Source: an uncultured Gammaproteobacteria bacterium
GTDB lineage: Bacteria > Patescibacteriota > Patescibacteriia > Patescibacteriales > UBA12465
DNA: 31,570 bases
NCBI GenBank assembly: GCA_964431155.1
Contig: CAYSIJ010000001.1
Coordinates: 30,130 to 61,699, forward strand
Reading direction: 5' to 3'
The notes beneath the pieces were generated by a model. It was given only the letters and a program-made list of their open reading frames with translations. It had not been told where the DNA came from and did no database searches. Positions 1-6,864 of this stretch are shown piece by piece. Each line of letters starts with the position of its first letter. Position 1 is the stretch's first letter. Both the position numbers and the translations under genes were made by a program.

Positions 1-1113
1 ATTTACAAAGTTAGAAAAATAAGGAATACCATATTTAGCAGTCATTTCCCAAGCCGGCTTCAAACATTCTCTATCCCAATCAAATTCTTTATCAATAGTA
101 TAAGTAGGAATCGGGAAGCCAAATACTCGTCCAGTGGAATCACCAGCAATCATTACTTCGGCGAAAGCCTGATTAAACATGTCCATTTCCGCTTGAAAAT
201 CCTTGTATTGCTCTGGCATTATTTCGCCGCCAATTACCACGCTCTCTTCGCCAATCATTTTTGAAGGAGTAACATCAAGAGTAACATTAGTGAATGGAGT
301 TTGGAAACCAACGCGAGTTGGAACATTGACATTGAACATGAATTCCTGCAAACCCTGTTTCACTTCTTCATAGGTTAATTTGTCATAACGAATAAAAGGA
401 GCGAGATAAGTATCAAAATTGGCGAAAGCCTGAGCGCCAGCGGCTTCCCCCTGAAGAGTGTAGAAGAAATTAACAATTTGTCCCAAAGCACTGCGAAAAT
501 GTTTGGCTGGTTTGCTTTGGATTTTTTCTTTAACTCCGCCGAAGCCCCTCAACAACAAATCTTTCAAATCCCAGCCACAACAATAAGGAGCAAGCAGGCC
601 GAGGTCATGAATATGCATGTCACCGTTAACATGAGCCAAGCGAATATTTTCTGGATAGAGTTTGTTCAGCCAATATTTGGCGGAGATGGCGGAGGCAAGA
701 TAATTATTCAAGCCCTGAACCGAAAAACTCATGTTGCTGTTTTCTTTCAAACGCCAATCGGAACGGCCGAGATAATCTTCCATTAATTTTTCTTCAACGG
801 TGGATTGAGTGATGTCACGAACCTGGCGATGTTGTTCGCGATAAAGAATATAAGCCTTGGCAACTTTGATTTTTTTGTTTTCAATCAGAATTTCTTCCAC
901 CACATCCTGAATCTCTTCAACTGCTGGAATGCTGTTTGGGTGAAATTTTTTGTTGACCCGAGCAATTACCTCAGAAACCAAATGCTTTGCTGCTACTTCA
1001 TCATAATCATCAACTGCCTTGGCGGCGTTGACGATGGCCTGCAAAATTTTCTCTTCGGAGAAGGGGGCGATATCGCCAGATCTTTTTCTAATTTTGGTAA
1101 TCGCTTCGGACAT
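1..1113 (-). CDS. nrdD: Anaerobic (class III) ribonucleoside-triphosphate reductase with N-terminal ATP cone; partial, runs off the window's left edge
   Basis: Not in the ORF track. Manual translation from ATG 1113 is open to base 1: MSEAITKIRKRSGDIAPFSEEKI (ATP cone)...HIHDLG...YCCGWDL...QGEAAGAQAF...PTRVGFQTPFTNVT...FGFPIPTY. These are typical NrdD motifs, and the gene lies directly downstream of nrdR. Confidence 0.95.
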   Translation of the reverse strand, partial: MSEAITKIRKRSGDIAPFSEEKILQAIVNAAKAVDDYDEVAAKHLVSEVIARVNKKFHPNSIPAVEEIQDVVEEILIENKKIKVAKAYILYREQHRQVRDITQSTVEEKLMEDYLGRSDWRLKENSNMSFSVQGLNNYLASAISAKYWLNKLYPENIRLAHVNGDMHIHDLGLLAPYCCGWDLKDLLLRGFGGVKEKIQSKPAKHFRSALGQIVNFFYTLQGEAAGAQAFANFDTYLAPFIRYDKLTYEEVKQGLQEFMFNVNVPTRVGFQTPFTNVTLDVTPSKMIGEESVVIGGEIMPEQYKDFQAEMDMFNQAFAEVMIAGDSTGRVFGFPIPTYTIDKEFDWDRECLKPAWEMTAKYGIPYFSNFVN

Positions 1114-1131
1114 AAAGATTTTTTATTTTAA

Positions 1132-1590
1132 TTATTTTTTTTCTTTGATTAATTTATTCAACTCTTTTCTAAACTCTTGCGCATCTTTGAATGATTCATA
1201 GACTGAGGCATAACGGATATAGGCAACCTGATCTACTTTTTTTAATTGTTTCATCACAATCGCGCCAACTTGGCGAGAAGTAATTTCACTTTTTTTCAAA
1301 CGCTGAATTTCTCTTTCAATTGAATGAACTAATTTTTTGAAACTGTCTTCAGTGATTGGTCTTTTCTCAAAAGATTTTTTGAGACCGCTTATCAACTTTT
1401 CTCTGCTATAAGATTCCCGACGACCATCTCTTTTGACAATTGAAAGGTCAAGCAATTCCACTTCTTCATAAGTTGAAAAACGAAAATTGCATTTCAAGCA
1501 TTCACGACGGCGACGAATGGAAAGGCCATCAGTAGCAACGCGGGAATCAACCACTTTTGTATCATCAAAGTAACAAATTGGGCATTTCAT
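1132..1590 (-). CDS. nrdR: Transcriptional repressor NrdR
   Basis: MKCPIC...TKVVDSR...IRRRRECLKCNFRFSTYE zinc ribbon, ATP cone (VKRDGRRE), and C-terminal VAYIRYASVY. Confidence 0.97.
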   Translation of the reverse strand: MKCPICYFDDTKVVDSRVATDGLSIRRRRECLKCNFRFSTYEEVELLDLSIVKRDGRRESYSREKLISGLKKSFEKRPITEDSFKKLVHSIEREIQRLKKSEITSRQVGAIVMKQLKKVDQVAYIRYASVYESFKDAQEFRKELNKLIKEKK

Positions 1591-1603
1591 AAAAGATTGA
1601 TAA

Positions 1604-1619
1604 ATTCAACATTTTGTGG
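1604..1619. promoter_or_regulatory. NrdR box 1
   Basis: attCaAcATtTtGtgg matches the NrdR-box consensus acaCwAtATaTwGtgt; 32 bp start-to-start from box 2, upstream of nrdR-nrdD. Confidence 0.8.
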
Positions 1620-1635
1620 GGTTTTCTTGCTCCTA

Positions 1636-1651
1636 CCACTAAATGTTGTGC
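1636..1651. promoter_or_regulatory. NrdR box 2
   Basis: ccaCtAaATgTtGtgc matches the NrdR-box consensus and sits just downstream of the predicted -10 element. Confidence 0.8.
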
Positions 1652-1659
1652 TTATTTGT

Positions 1660-1687
1660 ATTTTAGCAGAAATCCATATCAAGTAAA
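1660..1687 (-). promoter_or_regulatory. Putative sigma70 promoter of nrdR-nrdD
   Basis: Minus strand TTTACT-16 bp-TAAAAT, with an extended -10 (TGcTAAAAT). Confidence 0.55.
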
Positions 1688-1738
1688 AGAGGGTAAAATA
1701 AAGGGAAAAATTATTCTTTGACAAACGAGCGGAAAAAC

Positions 1739-1747
1739 TGTGGATAA
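1739..1747 (-). promoter_or_regulatory. DnaA box
   Basis: tgtggataa is the reverse complement of TTATCCACA, a perfect DnaA box, about 50 bp upstream of the nrd promoter. Confidence 0.6.
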
Positions 1748-1799
1748 GTCCAATTGCCTTCCGAAATAATCGCGCAAGAATCATACATTCATTATATAC

Positions 1800-1828
1800 A
1801 AAAATGAGGCCAAAATAGCCTCATTTTT
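1800..1828. terminator. Rho-independent terminator, just downstream of the displaced ftsZ tail copy
   Basis: aaaaatgaggc-caaaata-gcctcattttt perfect stem with A/T tracts on both sides. Confidence 0.8.
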
Positions 1829-1855
1829 TATGTCGATATCTTATTTTTTATTAAC

Positions 1856-1874
1856 TCATCCTCTTCCGAATAAA
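1856..1874. repeat. 19-bp direct repeat, copy A (displaced ftsZ 3' end, att-like)
   Basis: tcatcctcttccgaataaa, identical to 3437-3455. On the minus strand its context reads ...YPTFIRKRMS*, versus ftsZ ...IPAFIRKRMM*. Confidence 0.85.
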
Positions 1875-1940
1875 TGTCGGATAATGAGCTAGTCCTCTCA
1901 ATGAATCAACATTTGACTGAAATTCTTATCAATTTTCAAG

Positions 1941-2036
1941 TTAGATGCCAGTCGGACGATAAGAATGCTCGCGTGCATGGCCGGTTTTATATTGCTCGCC
2001 GACTTTCTGACTGAACTTTTTTACATTGATGCTCAT
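1941..2036 (-). pseudogene. N-terminal fragment resembling type ISP/IIG restriction-modification (N6 methyltransferase-fusion) enzymes
   Basis: Manual translation MSINVKKFSQKVGEQYKTGHAREHSYRPTGI*. Y-x-T-G-x-A-x-E-H-S-Y-R-P resembles the N-terminus of these enzymes as I recall it; the frame stops immediately afterwards. Confidence 0.5.
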
Positions 2037-2127
2037 ATAATATGATTATTTGCTATTTTAAAAAAATTTCAAACTAATCTCATACTTTTCCCGCCCCCAA
2101 CATCTCAATCTTCTTCATATCAAAATT

Positions 2128-2301
2128 TTATTCTTCCATCTTTTTCAAAATCTCCTCCACCTGCTCATTTGTAATGTTTCTACCAGAAAGCCGCAGCGAA
2201 GAGCCAGTGCTTTCAATCAGACACTTTTTCCTGAGCTCAGCCAGATAATCCTGGCTCATCTTTGCATTTGATGCATGAATTTTAATATTCTTATTTTTCA
2301 T
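2128..2301 (-). pseudogene. 57-aa ORF resembling the N-terminal helices of Fic-family proteins (truncated, no HPFxDGNGR motif)
   Basis: Manual translation MKNKNIKIHASNAKMSQDYLAELRKKCLIESTGSSLRLSGRNITNEQVEEILKKMEE*, compared with the recalled Fic pattern YLxELRKxAxIESIGSSTRIEG...TxEEVExLL. Starts 24 bp downstream of the wHTH-PRTase stop. Confidence 0.55.
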
Positions 2302-2324
2302 AAAGCATTATAAAGCTACATTTT

Positions 2325-3293
2325 TTAAACCTCGCTAATCACATCAAATCCCTTAAAGCTTCCTGTTATAGCTAGTCCGATAACTTTCTTAGCGATTCTT
2401 TTATCCTTGATTTTCTTGGCAATTTCATTCAATGTCGCACCAGAACCTACGGCATCGTCAACCAAGAGAATATTATTAAAATGTCCTGATTCTTCCAGGG
2501 CAAAAGTCTTCTGAGCGTTTTCGATTCTGTCATTAAGCTTGTTCAAGGTCTTTTGCGGGATTATAATATCTGTCTTGATTTTAGTAATTGTTATCTCTTT
2601 AACTGGCAGATTCAGCTTTTTTTTCAGCTCATTCATGAACTGCACTTCTCTTTTTACAGTCGGTTGTACAAATCCAACGCCGTTAATGTTAAATTTTTTT
2701 ATCATCTTTAGGATTGCCGGCCTGACATCATCAATCAATTCTTTCATCAGTCTCCTGCTCTGGCTTTGCTTGGCATATAATAGCATTTGACCAAGCTTCG
2801 TTTTGCCAAATCTCTCAATACTGTAAAAATCAAGATAATATACATCGTCTAGGTATAAATCTTTAAACGTACCTTTCATCTTTTGCATTCCGTCAATAAG
2901 ATCATCTTTCCTAAAACCGGAATATTTTTTCAAAGTAACCAGATATTCTTTAGCAGTTTTTTCAATCGGCAATTTCTGTTTTTCACACCAATAAACAAAC
3001 CCGGCAAATCCTTCCATCTTTTCCCCGCTCGGAGTAATGGTAAAATAATTTTTATCGATTATATTTTTAGTTTCGTTATCAACTTCATGACTAGTTTTTT
3101 CTGACTCCTTTTCTTTGAGGGTATAAAAAACTTTCGGCGGTCTTCCGGTCTTAATTATTTGTTTTCCGGACAGCATGTCTGGCAGATGTTTATATAAAGC
3201 TTGTCTGGAAATATCCAAATATTCAGCTATTTCATTAGCTGTTATTTGACCTTTTTCTTTAATTAGTTTAATTATTTTTTCCCGCGTATCCAT
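2325..3293 (-). CDS. N-terminal winged-HTH fused to a ComF-like phosphoribosyltransferase (PRTase) domain
   Basis: ITANEIAEYLDISRQALYKHL is an HTH. The C-terminus has ILLVDDAVGSGATLNEIAKKI (PRPP-binding loop) and a ComF-like PQKTL...RIENAQKTF. Confidence 0.8.
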   Translation of the reverse strand: MDTREKIIKLIKEKGQITANEIAEYLDISRQALYKHLPDMLSGKQIIKTGRPPKVFYTLKEKESEKTSHEVDNETKNIIDKNYFTITPSGEKMEGFAGFVYWCEKQKLPIEKTAKEYLVTLKKYSGFRKDDLIDGMQKMKGTFKDLYLDDVYYLDFYSIERFGKTKLGQMLLYAKQSQSRRLMKELIDDVRPAILKMIKKFNINGVGFVQPTVKREVQFMNELKKKLNLPVKEITITKIKTDIIIPQKTLNKLNDRIENAQKTFALEESGHFNNILLVDDAVGSGATLNEIAKKIKDKRIAKKVIGLAITGSFKGFDVISEV

Positions 3294-3319
3294 AATTTTT
3301 TAATTACTCTTATTTTAAT

Positions 3320-3361
3320 ATTTTATCAGGTTGACAGTTGACTGTCAACTGTCAACCTGAT
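3320..3361 (-). promoter_or_regulatory. Consensus promoter (TTGACA-17-TAAAAT) embedded in a perfect 37-bp palindrome; putative operator
   Basis: atcaggttgacagttgac-t-gtcaactgtcaacctgat (3325-3361). Minus-strand -35 at 3348-3343, -10 at 3325-3320 preceded by TG. Confidence 0.8.
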
Positions 3362-3376
3362 TACTACAATCATACA

Positions 3377-3402
3377 AAAACGAGGCATTTCAGCCCCGTT
3401 TT
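3377..3402 (-). terminator. Terminator of ftsA-ftsZ
   Basis: Minus-strand RNA aaaacggggc-ugaaau-gccucguuuu followed by U; the sequence resembles the 1800-1828 hairpin. Confidence 0.75.
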
Positions 3403-3431
3403 ACTATTTAAATACTATATTTTAACTAATA

Positions 3432-4703
3432 TTACATCATCCTCTTCCGAATAAAGGCGGGGATACTCAAATCGTCATCATCCTCTTCAACTGGCTCTTC
3501 TTTCTTGGGCTGAGATTTTGCGCCAAATAAGTTTTTCCTAACGAATGCCGGAGTGTCCAAATCTTCTTCCTCCTCTTCTTTCTCGGTGGCTTTAACTGGG
3601 GGAACTAAAGGCTTCAAAGGAGAAGTTTTTGCCGTTGGTAAGACATTCTTATTTTTTTCTGGCCATGTCTTGCCATTTTCTTTTTCAACATTCTCAATAA
3701 AATGATTTGGAGAATAGCTCTTGTGCGCTTCTCCCTGCTTACTATTTCCCCGACCATCAAAACCGGTCGCCACAACTGTAATCTTAACCATGTCTTTCAA
3801 ATCTTCATCAATCACCGCACCAAAAATAATTTTTGCTTCTTCATCAGCGGCAGAGGTGATAACTTTGGCCGCTTCACTAACTTCATTCATGCTCATATCA
3901 ACGCCGCCAGTAATCGTGAAAACAATCCCTCGAGCACCGTCAATTGACATGTCCAGCAAATTGGAATTAATTGCCGCCCGAGCAGCTTCCACAGCTCTAT
4001 TTTCACCGCTAGCCTGCCCAATACCCATTAAAGCTGAGCCAGCGTTTGACATCACTGCTTTAACATCGGCGAAGTCAGCATTAATAACTCCCGGAACAGT
4101 GATAATCTCAGCGATTCCTTGAACGCCTTGGCGTAAAACATCATCAGTGATATTAAAAGCCTCCAAGAGAGTGGTTTTTTTATCAATCACTTGAAGCAAT
4201 TTGTCGTTGGAAACTGTAATAATGGTATCAACTTTGTCGGCCAATTCAGCAAAGGCGCGATCCGCAATATTTTTCCTCTGCCCCCCTTCAAACATAAAAG
4301 GTTTAGTGACCACTGCTACGGTTAAAGCTCCCAATTCACGGGCAATTTCCGCAACAATTGGCGACGCACCAGATCCAGTGCCGCCACCCAAACCACAAGT
4401 AACAAAAACCATGTTGCAACCCTTCAAGGCTTCACGAATTTCATTTTGTGACTCTTCGGCAGCGCCTTTGCCAAGTTCTGGGTTCATCCCAGCTCCCAGG
4501 CCACGAGTCACCGTTTTACCAATGTGAATCTTCTCACTGGCTTTGTTGTAATGAAGAGCTTGGATGTCGGTGTTAATTGCCACAAACTCCACCCCCTTAA
4601 TGCCGGCTTCAATCATTCTATTTATTGCACTTCCGCCACCACCACCAACTCCAACTACCTTAATTTTTGCAAAAGTTTCTACTTCTGGTTTTACTTCAGC
4701 CAT
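3432..4703 (-). CDS. ftsZ: Cell division protein FtsZ
   Basis: IKVVGVGGGG, NTDIQAL, GGGTGSG tubulin signature, NADFADV T7 loop, and C-terminal IPAFIRK peptide. Confidence 0.99.
   Translation of the reverse strand: MAEVKPEVETFAKIKVVGVGGGGGSAINRMIEAGIKGVEFVAINTDIQALHYNKASEKIHIGKTVTRGLGAGMNPELGKGAAEESQNEIREALKGCNMVFVTCGLGGGTGSGASPIVAEIARELGALTVAVVTKPFMFEGGQRKNIADRAFAELADKVDTIITVSNDKLLQVIDKKTTLLEAFNITDDVLRQGVQGIAEIITVPGVINADFADVKAVMSNAGSALMGIGQASGENRAVEAARAAINSNLLDMSIDGARGIVFTITGGVDMSMNEVSEAAKVITSAADEEAKIIFGAVIDEDLKDMVKITVVATGFDGRGNSKQGEAHKSYSPNHFIENVEKENGKTWPEKNKNVLPTAKTSPLKPLVPPVKATEKEEEEEDLDTPAFVRKNLFGAKSQPKKEEPVEEDDDDLSIPAFIRKRMM
3437..3455. repeat. 19-bp direct repeat, copy B (within the ftsZ 3' end)
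   Basis: Identical to 1856-1874; covers the FIRKRM codons. Confidence 0.85.
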
Positions 4704-4721
4704 AGTTATGTAAATTATTTT

Positions 4722-5981
4722 TTATTTTGGCATTATTTTTTGGAGCAAGCCTTTTGCTTTACCAAAAAAATTATCAACATTTTTTTTGAAATTTCCGTTT
4801 CCTGATAATCCAAATTCATTGCGACTTGACCAGACCACCAAGCCAAGAGCGCTTAAAAATTCAGGGCGAGAAACTTTATCAATCACAGTTTTAATATTTC
4901 GAGCAGTACCGACACAAGCCGGTAAGCGAAGTTTTTTCTTGGCACTTTCTACTAAATTTTCCAAATAAGCACCGCCACCGACAAAAACCACCCCTGCCGG
5001 CAACATCCCGGAACGATCAATTTTTTTCAATTCATTATCAATTTTTTCAAAAATTTCTTCAACCCGGGCATCAATAATTTGAGCAATATATTTTCTGGAA
5101 ACCGTTTCAATATCGTCATTTACTTCTTCTTCTCGTACCAAATCACGGATATCAATTTCCTCGTCTTGATTAACATGGTCTTTCAGGGTACTGCCATATT
5201 CGCATTTGATGCGTTCGGCTAAATTGATTGGGCAACGCAAACCAAGGGCAACGTCAGCGGTGATATGTTCTGCACCAATCGGCAAAATAGCGGTGTGAAT
5301 CAAATTTCTCTCTTCATAAACCGCCAAGGAGGTAGTTGAAGAGCCAAGATTTACCAATACCACACCCAATTCTTTTTGTTTGGTGCTAAGCACGGCTTCC
5401 GCAGCGGCCAAAGGAGACAAAACTAAGTCCTCAATTTCCAACCCGGTTCGATGAATTGCTTTGGTGAGATTTTTTAATTGACTACCAAGACCTTGAATAA
5501 TCAAAATTTCAACTTCCAGCCGAATACCGCTCATACCAATCGGGTCCTTGATGTCTTCCTGGCTATCAACGGCGAATTTTATCGGCATGACATGGAGAAT
5601 TTCATAGTTCACTGGCACCGCCATTGCTTGAGCGGCTTCAATTGCTCTTTCAACATCGTGTTCGCTGATTTCTCCGTCGCTTTTGCTGACCGCCACCACC
5701 CCCTTGCTTCGTTCGCATTTGATGTATGGGTCATTGATGGAAATAGAAACTGCGCTAATCGGCACGCCAACTAACCTCTCGGCTTTTTCCAGACAAGCAG
5801 AAATTGAAGAAGTGGTTTCTTCAATACTATTTACCACCCCTCGGTTAACGCCGGAAGTTGGCACAGAAACAGCGCCGATAATTTGCAGTTCTTCTCCGGC
5901 CAAACCATTAATTTTTTGGCCGATAACTAGCCTAATTTCGGTTGAACCGATGTCTAAACCAGCAATAATATTGTCTTTCAT
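4722..5981 (-). CDS. ftsA: Cell division protein FtsA
   Basis: IAGLDIGSTEI, VNLGSSTT, IITADVA-like HITADVALGL, VFVGGGA, and a C-terminal amphipathic helix; directly upstream of ftsZ. Confidence 0.98.
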   Translation of the reverse strand: MKDNIIAGLDIGSTEIRLVIGQKINGLAGEELQIIGAVSVPTSGVNRGVVNSIEETTSSISACLEKAERLVGVPISAVSISINDPYIKCERSKGVVAVSKSDGEISEHDVERAIEAAQAMAVPVNYEILHVMPIKFAVDSQEDIKDPIGMSGIRLEVEILIIQGLGSQLKNLTKAIHRTGLEIEDLVLSPLAAAEAVLSTKQKELGVVLVNLGSSTTSLAVYEERNLIHTAILPIGAEHITADVALGLRCPINLAERIKCEYGSTLKDHVNQDEEIDIRDLVREEEVNDDIETVSRKYIAQIIDARVEEIFEKIDNELKKIDRSGMLPAGVVFVGGGAYLENLVESAKKKLRLPACVGTARNIKTVIDKVSRPEFLSALGLVVWSSRNEFGLSGNGNFKKNVDNFFGKAKGLLQKIMPK

Positions 5982-6037
5982 AGTTGAAATTAGAAACTAA
6001 GACGTAAGACCGCCTTAAAAGACTATTTAATATTTAC

Positions 6038-6066
6038 ATTATAGTAAATTTATCAGAACTCTACAA
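6038..6066 (-). promoter_or_regulatory. Putative ftsA-ftsZ promoter
   Basis: TTGTAG-17 bp-TATAAT; the -35 overlaps the stop codon of the prepilin peptidase gene. Confidence 0.55.
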
Positions 6067-6861
6067 TAAGCCCAAATACCAACCGATAATTCCTGGCCCG
6101 AAAAAGATCGTAATCATTCCGCCCAGAGCCAGAAAAAACCCGAGTGGCAAGGCCCCGCCAAGTTTTTTCTTGCCGAAAGCGATAAGCGACAAGCCAGTGA
6201 TTGCACCAAGAAAATAAGAAATAACAACAGCAAACAATAAAAATAAGTGAAGATATTCTGGAAAAATAAAGCCCAAAAGAATTCCTAAATAAATATCGCC
6301 TTCGCCAATTCCTTTCCCTTTGGTTAAAAAATATTGCAGAAAGAAAAACCCGCCCCCAAGAATCGCGGAAACGAGCGGCATAAACCAGGCAATTCCCAAA
6401 AATAAACTAAAAATATAAAGCACCAATGAAGCGCCTAACACAATAGAAGGAGAAACCAGGTAATATCTCCCGTCATAAATCAGAACAAATAACAGGACGG
6501 CCAAAGAAAAAATTTGGCCAATAAACTGCAGCCACTCATTCCCTGAAGGTAGCAAGGTGGAAAAATAAAGATGGTTTTTAAAAAACAAAAGAAAAGCTCC
6601 AGAGAAAAGAATCCCCCCGAAGAGCTCGGCGGCAAAATATTGCCAGCTGATTTTTTTATGGCAAGATGAACACTGACCTCTTAATAACAAATAGCTGAGC
6701 ACAGGGATATTTTCAAACCAAGACAACTTCCGCCCACAAGCATCACAGCGAGAAGATGGCCAAGCACTTTCATTTTTATAAAGGCGCCAAGCTAAACAGC
6801 TGAGAAAACTGCCGAAAACTGCACCTAGAAGAAAAAAATAAAAACCAAAAAGATAGTACAT
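6061..6861 (-). CDS. pilD: Type IV prepilin peptidase (PilD/ComC, A24 family)
   Basis: GAVFGSFL...SRCDAC...ENIPVLSYLLLRGQCSSC zinc-binding N-domain, catalytic YD and GEGD motifs, and multiple TM helices. Confidence 0.93.
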   Translation of the reverse strand: MYYLFGFYFFLLGAVFGSFLSCLAWRLYKNESAWPSSRCDACGRKLSWFENIPVLSYLLLRGQCSSCHKKISWQYFAAELFGGILFSGAFLLFFKNHLYFSTLLPSGNEWLQFIGQIFSLAVLLFVLIYDGRYYLVSPSIVLGASLVLYIFSLFLGIAWFMPLVSAILGGGFFFLQYFLTKGKGIGEGDIYLGILLGFIFPEYLHLFLLFAVVISYFLGAITGLSLIAFGKKKLGGALPLGFFLALGGMITIFFGPGIIGWYLGLL

Positions 6862-6864
6862 AAA

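Noticed and set aside
478-1201. Plus-strand ORFs 478-786, 805-1131 and 1019-1201
   Set aside because: Antisense shadows of nrdD/nrdR, which are clearly coding on the minus strand.
1587-1784. 65-aa minus-strand ORF upstream of nrdR
   Set aside because: It overlaps the NrdR boxes, promoter and DnaA box, has no recognisable protein features, and is low-complexity AT sequence.
4620-4660. FtsZ GGGGGSA instead of GGGGxNA
   Set aside because: The other GTPase motifs are intact; a single substitution is not enough to infer altered function.
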